DNA of 58,932 nucleotides, filler included, from Catajapyx aquilonaris (Eukaryota), in NCBI GenBank assembly GCA_000934665.2. It is 3 parts of 3 records of this genome, joined end to end, with 100 filler letters (N's around TTAATTAATTAA, not from the genome) between each part and the next. Parts side by side here need not be neighbours in the genome. Positions count along the whole stretch, not along the records: positions 19,400 to 39,604 come from JYFJ02006505.1; positions 39,705 to 58,932 come from JYFJ02006506.1; 1 more part is not named here. One strand, 5' to 3'. Shown piece by piece: positions 36,518 through 50,300 of this stretch (positions are counted from its first letter, which is position 1; each line of letters opens with the position of its first letter). The notes beneath the pieces were generated by a model. That model was given only the letters and a program-made list of their open reading frames with translations, did not search any database and was not told where the DNA came from. A program made the translations under genes and the position numbers.

Positions 36518-38631
36518 GGGTCATTCCATGTCAAAACAGACAGGTTGGTGGCTCGACCATCTCAGAATTTGATATAAAAAATCATGTGCGTACACACACA
36601 TGAGCTGTTGCTAAAAACGAAATTTGAGCCCCCCAGGTGAAAATTCCGCGGAGATATGGCAATGTCTTTCGGCAACAATGGAGCTGGAATAACAATTTTT
36701 TTTCAAGTGGAGTTATTGTTGTAACCCCATCATCATATATATCAAATGAACCGGAACGAAAGGATGAAAATTGTCGTGGCAACAGTTTTCATCTAGAAAG
36801 CTAAATAAAAATTCTAAAAAATTCGCATTATTGTGCAAAATGGCACATTTCCGATGGCCCAATGTCACTGTTAGACACATGCTAGGAGTGTGAAATAAAT
36901 ATGGTACGTACATGGTCATCTGACCATCACTATTCTAGAAGGACAGCATCCCATGTCAAGCAGTGTTGGAAATAATAAATCCCGAAGTTCCATATTTCAG
37001 TAATTTGGTCATGTTTGAGAATATTTTTATCAATAGAGAACTGGGCCGATTTTTAAGTTTCAAGAGTTAAAAGACGCGTCGTTTTATGATTGACATATCG
37101 GTATAAGAATGGTTCGTGCCCCCGGAGCGGTTCACCCGCAGCGAATTTTCAAATTCAGCTCAAAATGACACTTACTATACTGGGATTTCCTATGCTCCTC
37201 ATTGTTAAACACATGACAGGAGTGTGAAATTCATATGGTAAGTAAGTGGTCATCAGGTCACTACTACTGTAGAAGGACAACTGCGCAAGTCAAGCAGTCT
37301 TGGAAATAATAATAAATCCTGAAATTCCGTGGTGTCCGTAATTCGGTCATCTTCGAGGTCATTTTTCTCAATAGAGGACTGGGCCTATTTTTAGGTTTCA
37401 AGAGTTAAAAGACGCGTCGTTTTATGATTGACATATCGGTATAAGAATGGTTCGTGCCCCCGGAGCGGTTCACCCGCAGCGAATTTTCAAATTCAGCTCA
37501 AAATAACACGGATTATACTGGGATTTCGTATGCTCCTCATTGTTAAACATATGCTAAGAGTGTGAAATTCATGTGGTAGGTACATGGTCATCTGGTCACT
37601 ACTACTGTAGAAGAACAACATCTCTAGTCAAACAGTCTTGGAAATAATAATAAAATCCCACTTTCACATGATTGGGTCATCTTTGAGGTCATTTTTCTCA
37701 ATAGAGGACTGGACCGATTTTAAAGTTACATGTCTTAAAAAAAGCGTCTTTCCATGCTTGACCCCAGGGATATAAGAACTACTCTGCCCCCGGAGCGGTT
37801 CACCCGCAACACATTAAATACAGCGCCAAATAACATAGTGTAGGTTATAGGGGGATTTTTAAATGTTCTGCGGGTGAACCGCTCCGGGGGCAGAATAGTT
37901 CTTACATATCTTGGGTCAAGCATGGAAAGACGCTTCTTTTAAGACATGTATCTTTAAAATCGGTCCAGTCCTCTATTGAGAAAAATGACGTCAAAGATGA
38001 CCAAATTATGATAATTTGGTCATCTTTGAGGCACGAACCATTCTTATACCGATATGTCAATCATAAAACGACGCGTCTTTTAACTCTTGAAACTTAAAAA
38101 TCGGCCCAGTCCTCTATTGAGAAAAATATTCTCAAACATGACCAAATTACTGAAATATGGAACTTCGGGATTTATTATTTCCAACACTGCTTGACATGGG
38201 ATGCTGTCCTTCTAGAATAGTGATGGTCAGATGACCATGTACGTACCATATTTATTTCACACTCCTAGCATGTGTCTAACAGTGACATTGGGCCATCGGA
38301 AATGTGCCATTTTGCACAATAATGCGAATTTTTTAGAATTTTTATTTAGCTTTCTAGATAAAAACTGTTGCCACGACAATTTTCATCCTTTCGTTCCGGT
38401 TCATTTGATATATATGATGATGGGGTTACAACAATAACTCCACTTGAAAAAAATTGTTATTCCAGCTCCATTGTTGCCGAAAGACGTTGCCATATCTCCG
38501 TGGGATTTTCACCTGGGGGGCTCAAATTTCATTTTTAGCAACAGCTCATGGGTCTGTACTCACATGAATTTTTACATCAAATTCTGAGATGGTCGAGCCA
38601 CCAAGTTGTCTGTTTTGACATGGAATGACCC
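36518..38631. mobile_element. Non-autonomous foldback DNA transposon, Sola2-like
   Basis: AGCT|GGGTCATTCCATGTCAAAACAGAC ... GTCTGTTTTGACATGGAATGACCC|AGCT, with ~600-bp inverted arms, ~320-bp internal tandem units and an inner palindrome centred near 37835. GGG termini and a 4-bp TSD fit Sola2. Confidence 0.75.
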
Positions 38632-39400
38632 AGCTATGATATAATTTGGAACAAATTTAGATGTGATATGACAATAAGCTTTATTCCTAAAATCTGCAAG
38701 GAATCCAAACATCATAGGTTTTTTATTAATTACGATTGCACGTCTTGGAAAAGCCATATTCACAATTTAATAGTCTGTGAACAATGTTAGTGAAGAGAAT
38801 TGATTTAGTCACATGAGACGAAAACGCTTTCCACATGGGAAAAATAATCCACTGATCAATCCGGAGATCGAACTCAATGATATGACATCAACTCCACCGA
38901 CATTGTCACCTGCAAAGATGTCAGATATTGTTCAACATTTTGACATTAGCAGGATTGTGAAAACCTCTGGGGTGGGCCTTTAGGTGGTGTTTTTTTATCT
39001 ATTGAGAGGAATATATCTGTCAATGATGTATTTCCTTTCCCTTTTTCTTGACGTCTTGTTAACAATGACGTCTACAAAATGTGCGCAGAGGAAATCATAC
39101 TCGCAAATGGGACTTTCCTCCTCCAGTATGAATTGGCCACGTTATCACGATCATCTCTAGCCCCGTTATCACCTGCGTCGCACCCATGTATTATACGAGG
39201 AGGATGAAACCCCTCGTATAAATGCGTCACTAACTATGCCGATTTTCCCCTCCTCTTTCACACTCATATAAAAACTGGGGGAAGGTCTCCATAGGAACAA
39301 AGGGCACCATTGATTAAGGGTCAGATAAAGTCCTTGGCATTAAATTGGTATAGGTGGGTGCTGGTCCGCCCACTCTGTCTGAACAGGTCAACACAGAAAG

Positions 39401-39443
39401 ATGCACGGAATTACCTGGACCTTGGTGCTGCTTATTCTCTCAG
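39401..39443 (+). CDS. Signal-peptide first exon of a probable fourth cluster member; the rest is lost at the contig end
   Basis: ATG CAC GGA ATT ACC TGG ACC TTG GTG CTG CTT ATT CTC TCA G|GTAAGA = MHGITWTLVLLILS. It is 43 nt and phase 1, the same size and phase as exon 1 of gene B. Confidence 0.5.
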
Positions 39444-39604
39444 GTAAGACACACAACTCAACTTACTGATGGTGCGGAACATCGCAACAGACCCGGAGTG
39501 TATACTATCAAGAGTAAATAATACAGAGTGACTGACTCCCTATGCTGTTCCATACTGGCCGTGTGCTCATCTCTTTGGTGGAACTGTCGCCTCCCCATGA
39601 GGCC

Positions 39605-39704
39605 NNNNNNNNNNNNNNNNNNNNNNNNNNNNNNNNNNNNNNNNNNNNTTAATTAATTAANNNNNNNNNNNNNNNNNNNNNNNNNNNNNNNNNNNNNNNN
39701 NNNN
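39605..39704. other. Artificial contig-joining spacer
   Basis: 44 N + TTAATTAATTAA + 44 N. Confidence 0.9.
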
Positions 39705-39729
39705 ATCCCATACACCACACGTGTTCCAG

Positions 39730-40425
39730 CATGGATGAATGCGAGGCCCTGTGTTCCCGATTGGCCATAATGGTCAACGGCCAGTTCCAGTGCTTGGGAG
39801 GTCCTCAGCACATCAAATCCAAGTTTGGCAAAGGGTTCACCGTGGTGTTGAAACTGAAGCGAGGCAGTGACTTTGCCAGTCAGGAAGATGAAGTGTCTGC
39901 TCTGAAAAGTCGAGTTGAGTCCACGTTGGCACCGTGTGTCCTGAAGGACGAGCATCAGGTAACAAAAGCATGACGATAAACGATAAACTGTGTAGAGATT
40001 TCTTCCTTTAACATATTATGTTAAAGGAAGAAATCTCTACACAGTTTACCATGCATAATATGCATGGTAAACAGAGAGTGCTAAATACTCGTATATATAT
40101 ACCAGAGCGGTTTGTAAAATTGACCATCAAGTGAGATTAGTTTAGGCCCTACCCTTGTTCAAGTCTGTCTGCTTACTTCATTAAATTTACAAGCAGATCT
40201 GATTTTGCTTCTAACTTTGCCTTGTTGTCTGCTGCATTATGTGTAATTTGTATTAATTTTTTCTAGGGATTGCTGCAATACCATGTCACTAATGCAACGT
40301 TGTCTTGGCCTTTCCTCTTCCGAACCATGGAAAGCTTGAAAAATGAGGTGGATGTGATTGAAGACTATTCAGTCAGCGAGACAACATTGGAGCAAATCTT
40401 TCTCTCTTTCGCTAGACATCAGTAG
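39730..40425 (+). CDS. ABC transporter subfamily A, last two exons (39730-39958 and 40267-40425)
   Basis: [35 protein letters not shown] and [22 protein letters not shown] are typical ABCA C-terminal motifs. Confidence 0.92.
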
Positions 40426-42438
40426 AAAACGAGATAGAAGGTTTTCTTCCGCATCCATGAAGAGGATATTTAACTGCTCAAAATCATGGGAAAATACCAA
40501 GAGCTTCTGACAGTTGTATGTCATTTTTCGGCTTACAAAATAATGTTTGGTTGTGCCACACCGGTTACAGGATATTACTGGATGATCTGGGAATCACATT
40601 ACTGTACAGAAACTGTGATATTTCATGACGGATTAAAATTAATAACATGTGCAATAACTTTTAAAAAGTAATTTCAGTAATACCGGTAGCCCGTACTTTT
40701 CATCTTTAAGATTAAGAAAAGTAGCCAAGTCCTGTGCTGTTAATGATCTGTGCGTGTAACATTATTACCCATTCTGACTGGGAAGAGCTGGCAGAGGCAT
40801 ATAATACAACAGAATGATCTATAGGCATAATAAATTAATTACGCAACTATGGGTTTTTTTCTATTATATTATACAGTATAAATTATGCTTTCACTGGTCG
40901 ACTGGTAGGCCGAAGTCATTCATGGCATGAGGTCATCGCCTGGGTCATATGACGATGTATTCCATTCATTGGCGAGCCTGTTGTTTTCATATTTTGAATT
41001 ATTTTACCGAGAAGTCCCATTCGTCGCAGCACAATTATAATACTCATGATACTCAGGAAAACTTTTATGGAACACTCTTTGGCACGGCAGAGAATCAGCT
41101 TACTAAGAGGAGTCTTTTGGATAGTTAGGCTATACAGTATATTGTCTCGTTACCAAATCATCCTTATCGTGGCAGGTATAGCCTATACTTCTGTCAAGAG
41201 AGAACTTCTTTGTGCATTATGTTTCAAACATTTCTTCATGTCACACCCTTGACATAATATAATAATTCAGTCTGTTTTTCCACATCAGAAGTAAAAAAGT
41301 GACGCACCCAGATCATCATGGACACAGACGTCACAGTCAGTCGCCACTGCAAATCAAGCCAGTGTCACTCAGAGGATTCCTTGATCCAAAACTAAGCTTT
41401 TATACATTTACACCGTATGTATCCACTGCACAAGATTCACAGCAATCAGTTTTTACGTCACATGTCGCGACATGTTGTGTAATTGAAATTTTGGCAGGAG
41501 CTGATTGTAAAATTATCCCATCCACACCAGACAAAAGAGCATTCAATTTCAACAAGACGATATTAATATCTCTGCAGGGATGTTGAGAGTCTCCGATTGC
41601 TAATGTACTGTACAGTACGAGTCGTATGGTACATAATATTATAGACTACTATCTGCTTAATAATGATAAGAATCATTATTTTCTAGGCCAGTGTAGCAAA
41701 AATATTTTTTTCGTGGTTTTTCTTGTACCCCATGACACAATCCCTGTAACCCTGGATAATCAAAATATGATAAAAAGCGTGGGTTTTTTGTGGCTGCATC
41801 TGGTGAAATGGATTATGTGGCAAGACTTCCTATATGAATGAAGAATCTGGACTCGAGTTATGATTTTTTGAATTTGGGCGGGAGAGACCAAAGCAGACTT
41901 TTAAAGTCTACTAAATGCCATAAGACAATGACACATAAAAACCTTTCATCCATCAATCGCCAACGCGTTTTGTGTAAAATGACACAAACTGTGAGCCATG
42001 TGATATGTGACACGCTGGATATCCTGCTTCATAATATGTACGCCAAAGCATGCCAGAGTGAAGGATCGAAGATAAAAATATGTGTGTGCCACAAGGCCTT
42101 CATTTGGGATTTTCTGCGGCAAAATATTGTGTCCTACTCTGATTTCCATGTCCTGTTGTCGCTAACACGTTCCATCAAGACCTGGCTGAAAGACCTGGCG
42201 TAAATGTTTTTGTTCATTACCGTTTAGCAAAGGTAAAATACTAATAAACATTTTCAAACAAAAATGTGACTCTTTATTTCAAGGACATGTGCAGGTGACC
42301 ACAAACTGTAGATGTAAGGTGCCGGAACAAACGTGCTTGCTAATAAGACCACTTTAATATTGTCTAATTTGCCGGACCTGTAGTCTATTATTGTGAAGTC
42401 ACACACATTCTGGTGACACTGTCTGAAAACTTAACTTT

Positions 42439-42688
42439 AAAAAAATGGATACCCCGTGATAAGCCTCCTTGGGCCTTTTAGGGGATCATCTTTTAATAGA
42501 CCACTTTAATCATTTACCTGTAATGTGATGGATTTTGATAGTGGGAGGAAACGGGAGAACCCCGAGAACACCCACGCGAACACGGAGAGAACCCATCGAA
42601 ACTCTATCCACGTAAGTATCCTCTGTCCGGTCCGGGGATCGAACTCGGGACCTTAGAGGTGGACGGCTGCGGCGCTAACCGTGTCGCC
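42439..42688 (-). mobile_element. tRNA-derived V-SINE-like element, same family as 15240-15562
   Basis: The reverse complement aligns with the 15240 copy. 20-bp TSD CTGTCTGAAAACTTAACTTT at 42419-42438 and 42689-42708. Confidence 0.85.
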
Positions 42689-43571
42689 CTGTCTGAAAAC
42701 TTAACTTTTTATATAGAATACTAATTCCAGTCACATTCTCCTCGTGTTTTTCTTTAATTTGATGTATTAGCTTATAATTATGTTCATTGAGTTTTGACGT
42801 AGGCCATATGCCTGACTCGGTGAGTTGGCTCTCTATAGTGGGGCAATTCCACGTGAACGTGATCACCTTTTGCACGAAAAAATTTGCCCGTCGATGAGTG
42901 TGAGATATGTTTAGGTCCAGGTCACGTTAGGACCTTTCCCACAAGGATTTGGTCCGCTGATGCGTGGTTGCCTATCTACAGGCGCTAATTGCACTTGAAT
43001 CACAGTTAGAGGCGCCCCCCTATTACGTACATTTACATGACAACGTAAATGAATGATGTAATACATGTTTCATGTGTGAAATTGTCTCCTCCTTCCGACA
43101 AAAATAGTCACTTTCCGATAGCTGTACAAATTCATGTCACAAATCGACATTTTTGAAAACAAATGACATTTTCAAAAAAGTGCCAAAATCAAATGTCATG
43201 GATATAAAAATACGCCTCACAGTGTCCTCTATCAGTGGTACAAACGGAATTTTAGAATACGAAATGGTTACGGAGCTATAGGTACTGACGTGTAGCACTG
43301 CGCTAGTGGCCACGCCCGCAGAATGAAAAGGAGCGGCCCATTCATGTCTCAGGTAGTGGTTGGCACAGAAGAACGATATTCCTTGATATTATGGTAAACA
43401 GAGAGGCTAAATACTCGTTAAGAGTACAGTTAGTAAAATTAAATAACCATGAACCATGTTCGAGTTTGTCTACCTGCGTCATTAGCATTCCAGAGATTTC
43501 ATCTTCAGTCAAATCCATTATCATTATCATTTTTTCAGCTACAGTGTATACATTTTTTATTTTATTCACAC

Positions 43572-43739
43572 GGACTGCTGCAATTTCATGTCACTAATAC
43601 AGCGTTGTCTTGGCCTTTCCTCTTCCGAACCATGGAAAGCTTGAAAAATGAGGTTGATGTGATTGAAGACTATTAAATCAGCGAGACGACATTGGAGCAA
43701 GTCTTTCTCTCTTTTGCCAGACAACAGGGGTTGGCGTAG
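43572..43739 (+). pseudogene. Isolated duplicate of the ABCA terminal exon
   Basis: Close copy of 40267-40425 with the acceptor AG changed to AC and a TCA-to-TAA nonsense change at 43674. Upstream intron similarity persists (AAACAGAGAG.CTAAATACTCGT at 40069 and 43397). Confidence 0.85.
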
Positions 43740-44310
43740 GGCAGGTTCGAGAATTAAATGGGTTTTGCGCCGTGGAAGAAGACACCTGCCCTCGTTTTCC
43801 AGTGATAAATGAAAAAAAAATGCTTTTCTAACAGTACTCTCATACACAGTCCCTGTCTCTCCAAAATATGCAGCCTCCAATCCAAAGGTAATGCACATGA
43901 ACCATCACTCTCATCAAACAGTAATAGCCTACAAGTGCAACATAGCCATAACAAGAATAATAATCAACGTAATGCTCTGCTTCACACTTCTCGATGCTGA
44001 CTGTCACGTGTCAACAGCACCTCTAGGTGATACGTCCGTCGTCTGGGTGACGTGAGTCAACAACACATCGGCGCATTCCATGGCGAGCCTTCTTCTGGTG
44101 TGGATCGGACAATATTTTACAATCACGCCAACATTATTATTTAACGACATGTCTACACATCTGGCGTAAATTCTGATGGTTGCTGAGAATCCTGTGAAGG
44201 TAATACTGTAGCCTACATACCATTGTACGTGCATAATAGCTTTGTTTTGGAACAACTCTTAGTGAGCGGGTTTTGACACTGGCTTGATTTGCAGAATCGA
44301 CTGAGTGTCC

Positions 44311-47300
44311 ATGATGCTGTGGGTGCATCACTTTTCACTTCTGATGTGGAAAAACTGGCTATTGCGAAAAAGGCATTTAATCGTGACAGGATGCGAACTC
44401 ATACTTCTTCCATTTATGTCACTGCTGATCTTGGGGCCATACAGTGGACCTACCACACTACATAAGGAACAAGTCTATGACGTAAAACATGAAGGCGATA
44501 TTATAAAGGAAGCTTTTTTGAACAGGTATGCGATTTAAACATTAAACTGCAAAATTGATATTTGGTCACGAGCAGAAAATATGCTATAGCGACTGAAGAT
44601 AAGGACTTTTAATAAGACCAATGTATACAGTAGACTATATATAATTTTTTATTGCAGAACGATTGCTTATGCCCCATCAAACACATTCACTGACAATGTG
44701 ATGAAGTCTGTGAAAAACCTCGTGGGAAATATGGATCCTGACGGTAAATATTTTGTCTCAAATTATTTAGCACTATAGTCTATACTCTACATCACAGTCC
44801 ACAGTGTAGACTAATAACACTATAGGCTATATATGCAACACGACATTATTTTGTCCATGGAAACTCATCGCTCTTACCATGTTCCGTAGGTCACTCGTAA
44901 CTCATAATGACCAATCATTTTGTCTTTGATTTGATTTTGACCTCGGGGCAGTCAAAAAACCAAAATCCTCAAATATAGGGTTTTTTTCCAATCTAGTGGG
45001 CCGAAATGTTGCTGGACCATCTCAGATTTTGATGAAAAAATCACACCTATGACATAACATTGCATATCAAGTTTCAACCAAATCGTTTCAACAATATCGT
45101 AAGGAGAGAAAAAATCGCCAAATGTTGGAAATTGGGCATGTTTGCATAATTAGAGAGCGTGTAATGTGGATAGAGAAAAGTGTGCATGAGTGACATTGCT
45201 GTGTCGGGATTTACAAGAAGGACGAATAATTGGCGTCCATATATGAGGAAGGTCAAGGGGGAAAATCAGTGGCGACTGACATTGTTGTTAAAAGTCAACA
45301 ATGTGGTTTTGGAGCCTTGGGTCACAATTTCTGGCCTGTCTTGTGATTTTTCCCTACATTTTGCGATCAGATCTTTATGACATTGTAACAGGAAACCTGG
45401 GTTATCACAAGAGTTGTGCAAAGTGAATTCAAGAATAATGAAGAGCAGCTGAAAAATGTGTGATAGGTTGGCTGGGTACCCAGACAGCAACCGTCTATAG
45501 GCTATGCATACAAATAATTGTGCCGCGATTGAATCCCTTGTCATTATTTTTTATTATACTGTATAATGACAATTTTGTTTCATATAGCGTATACTCATCG
45601 GCAATCATGCCGTATCAGCCGACTATTACTGTGGACTCTTTTCTAGTGATAATTATAGGCCTACATGAAAGTGACCGCGACATAACAATGGGTAGACATT
45701 CCTGCATTGCTTGACTAATTTAAAAGTAATAAAAAAGAAAAGGTACTGCTTCACCGGCAGCAAGAAAAATTTCTAACACTCTACGATGACATCATTGACT
45801 TTGCAGAGTATATTATCCCCTTCGAGACGACAGACGAAGTAATATATATGTACACCAAAACCCTAAATTCATCAAATTATAATGTTACTGGTAAATTGTC
45901 AGGAGTCGTGTTTGATGGCCCGTTCGAGGATGGCCCTATTTCATTAAAGCAAATCACATACAGGATCATGCTCGATCCGGATTGGACTGGCGCAGAGAAA
46001 TATAACAACAGCGTCGGTGAGTGAATGTGTACAATGCATTTTAAACATTATTATTGCATAATATTATGTAATATGTTCAGTTCAGTGAATTGTTAACCCA
46101 TACTTTCGCCTCTCCATTAGATCTAGATTCAAGGTATATTTCTCAAGGATTCTCTGGAATTCAGATAGCGGTTGACAAAGGAATCATTGAAACTCTGTGC
46201 TCCTTCGGCGGCTGCAACACTAAGTCAATGCCAAAAGTAAGATTTGCACAACATCTTTCCTCCTTTTTTATGCGAGGGCTAGTCAAAACAAATTGAGACA
46301 GATTTTTATGTGCTACTGAGAGCCTTTCATCTACACCAGACCAGAAACCTATTAGCCTATTGAAATCACCAACTGAACACGCCTTCATCTTGGTCTCAGA
46401 CAAGCATATCTAAACTAGCATCAACAAACGCTTTCCTAACAATATCTCCCTTATTATACTCGTATGTACAGTACGTATACCCCTTATGTTAACAATGGAA
46501 AGTCTATACAACCTCTGAATTTTTCACCCTTTTCTTACTACCTACCCCCGAACTTCGAACATTCCCGGAACCTATAGGAAAGAAACTGAACTAAAATTAG
46601 TGTAACTTGCGGTTCTCCTGATCATCTCGTCACGACCAAAAAGAAATATATCTGGAGCACTGGTCAATTACTCGCAGAATATTCCAGGCGATTTTTTTTA
46701 CATGATATGGAATATAACCAGAAATGTTTACAAGAAGGGCTGCATGTAAATTATTGACGTTGGATTAGTGTTACAACTTTGTGGTACCTTATTATTTTAT
46801 TATTACAGATTAACGTCCAGAAGATGCCCGTCCCAGCCTACAACACTTGGGGCGAACAGTTCAGAATAATGACACGCGTTATTCCACTTATATTATGCTT
46901 CAGCTTCATGTGTTTATGTGCAACGATAATCAAAGGGGTTGTCAATGAAAAGGAAACTGGTATCAAGGTACGGATTTTCGATTTCACACTGTACTGGCTG
47001 CACAGCCCAGCATATTTCAACGCAAAACACTAATAATATTTAGTGTTTTAAATAATGTTCGTTGCTCCGCCAACAGGAACTGATGAAAATGATGGGAATG
47101 TCCGAATTTATGAATTGGTTTTGCTGGATGATCAATGCAATGATGGTTTTGACAATTTCCATAACAATAACGGTCATCCTGTTGTCAATTGACTACACCG
47201 GAAACGATTCTGGTGGAGTCCTAAAGAAGACGGATTCGTCCATGTTTTGGGCGTTCCTCATGCTGTACGCAATGGCTTCGGTCTCCTTCTGTTTTCTTAT

Positions 47301-50300
47301 TAGTGCTCTTGTGAAAAAACGTAAGTTTTTTAATCAAAGGAAAATAATTTAATACCTCTAATAACCACATGATAAATCCACAGCAACCCTTGCGACTGCA
47401 GTCGGATTCATCTTGTGGTTGATGACATTCTTTGTTCCTTGGATTTACAGCTTGTGGTCATACGAAGATATGACCACTTATGCCAAACTGGGACTGTGTC
47501 TACTCCCTAATGGTGCTCTTGCTATTGGATTGAAGGCAATGGCAATATACACTGAGAAAGGTAAAGGACACGAACTATACGACGGCACTACCTTATGCTC
47601 ACATCAGTGACAAACACTGAGATTTTCCAGGACTTCCTCTGGGCTGGTCCAACTTGCACATACCAGGATCCAGCGATGATGGCCTCAGCGTGTCCCTTGT
47701 GTTCCTCATGCTCATTGCAGACATTGTGTTGTACCTTGCCATGACGTGGTACATTTCCTCCATAATGCCCGGTAATTTCGGTGTTGCGCAACCTTGGTAC
47801 TTTGTCATCATGGTAAGCAAGTCCATGAATACAGAAATGATAGGGGGAAATATCAACGACTCTCTCTCCTTCTCCCCAGCCTTCATACTGGTGTCCCAGG
47901 GCAGAAAGAATGGCCATACGAACGTCACCAGAGGACCTTTCTTCCGAGACACTGATTGACGAGAGTAGTTTTGAAAGGGAGCCGTCCGACTTGCCAGTGG
48001 GAATTTCCATAAGGGACATCTACAAGGTGTACACTACTCTGACCGGACGGCATAAGAGGGCAGTGGACGGAGTCAGTCTGAACATTTTCGAGGGTCAGAT
48101 CACGGCCTTGTTGGGGCACAACGGAGCTGGGAAGACCACGCTCATGTCCATACTCACAGGTACGAGTATGTGAACAGGCCTTCCGTATCGAAGCACTTGT
48201 ATGGCTACTCCTTCACAAATTGGATCGTTTCAGGTCTTTTTTCTCCAACAAGCGGGACAGCTGTGATTAATGGCTACGACATTAGCACCAGCATGCCAAA
48301 CGTGCAAAAGCATTTGAGCCTGTGCCCTCAGCACAACATGCTTTTCAATGAACTGACGGTCAGGGACCACATGCAACTATTTGGAATGGTATATTATTCA
48401 GATTTTTGAGGCCGTTCGCTTGAATCATCGTCTTTCTGCTAAGTTTTTCAGTCTAAATGGATGGATATAAGTCCATGATAAGTCATAAGGTAACTTGCAT
48501 GAGAATTCCGTTATAGCAGAAGCACATTACAGATATTAGCAGAAAGAGAGGCGAATAACTTATCGATGATCAAAGAATTAATGGACCGACATTAAGTGAT
48601 TCTTTTTGATACAGCTAAAAGGTTTGAGCAGCGCAGCAGCCTTGAGGCAAGGAAAGAGCTTGATTGTCAAGCTGAGGTTGATGAACAAGTGGAACGACAT
48701 GTCTTTGTCGTTGTCTGGCGGACAGAAGAGGAAACTCTCCCTGGCCATCGCTTTGATAGGCGGTTCCAAGGTGAGGGACTATTTTTGCCACATTATCATT
48801 TACAAATACTGTATGTCTGAACAGGTGGTGATGCTTGATGAGCCAACTTCTGGCATGGATCCTGAAGGTAGAAGAGGTGTTTGGGACGTGCTTCTGGTAA
48901 GGACATCTTTATTGGCCGCAGTCTTGAACTAAACACGGTCCCAACGCACCAATCCGTCTCTATTTTTTACAGGGCTTTAGAGGACACAAAACGATCGTCA
49001 TAACCACCCATTTTATGGAAGAGGCCGACGTCTTGGGAGACAGAATCGCCATCATGGCTCATGGAAAGGTCCAATGTTGCGGAAGCCCACTATTTCTCAA
49101 GAAGCATTACGGTCAGTCCATCACCGATGAATCGCAGCTGCGCAAGTACAAAATACACTGGACGAGTAATATATTGTTCTTACACTGTGTTACAGGCACC
49201 GGGTATATACTGAAGATGACCAGGCTATCTCACTGCGACGTGAGCAAAGTGACCCAAGCAGTGCAGGGGTTTATTCCTGGATCCCAATTGAAAGCGGTCA
49301 TGGGATCAGAGGTGTCCTACCTTCTTCCGACTGACCAAACCGCCAATTTTCCTTCCCTGTTTGAGACACTGAATGCCAATAAAAATGGCCTGGGAATAGA
49401 GGCCTTTGGAGTGTCATTGACCACCATGGACGAAGTGTTCTTGAAGTAAGTTTCACGGAAGTTTCATGCGCTTGTGCATCAGAGTAAGCGCGGTATAAAT
49501 TGACGATTTTTGAATTTTGTCATTTTCCAGAGTTGAAGAAATTGCGGATAAAGGAACAAATGCATCGCGGATTGGACAAGGTCCTCTGGAATTCTCATCG
49601 ATGTCAGAATCAGGGAACAGTCCATCGGGTAAGAAAATTTTGTGGCGAGGGATTATTTGGTAAAAATCCTAGCTGTGTGCCCCAACCACGACATAATTAT
49701 ACGCATTTCGATGTTAGTAAGGTGGTTTATAGGGATGCATGTGGCACAAATGTAACACACAGGTTGTATTTCAGTATGTGCCATAATTATCACGACCCTT
49801 GCACATTATTCTCCAAACGGTTGGAAATGCGTGTGGCGCGAATAATCCTGAAAATTCGATAGCGCTCTACATGGCGAATGTATATATGCATTTTAAGCGC
49901 TTTTGCTTCTGCCAGTAGGTCTTACCCGTCAGATTAAAAGTCGCGGTTTGGCTCTACTGCTGCAACAGACTGCTGGGCTGTTCCAGAAACTCCTACAGCA
50001 CTCTAAGGGAGAGTGGTTGACGTTAATGTTTCAGGTAGGTCGCTTTTTTAAATAATTTGGACCGCAGCGATCAATTTGTCACATAATATTTCAGGCAATT
50101 ATTCCAATTCTGCTAACTCTGGCGTGTCTAAACGCGAGTACGAGACCGTCAGCTGGGTATTCCAGGTCAGGGAAGCAACCGCCATTGATGTTAAACCTAG
50201 ACGCGTACAGAGACACAGATCCAGTCCTTCTCGTACCAGATAGTGACCGGTTTGGATATTCCTACTTCTATGAGACAATGCTAAAAGCAGGAGTAGTTGA

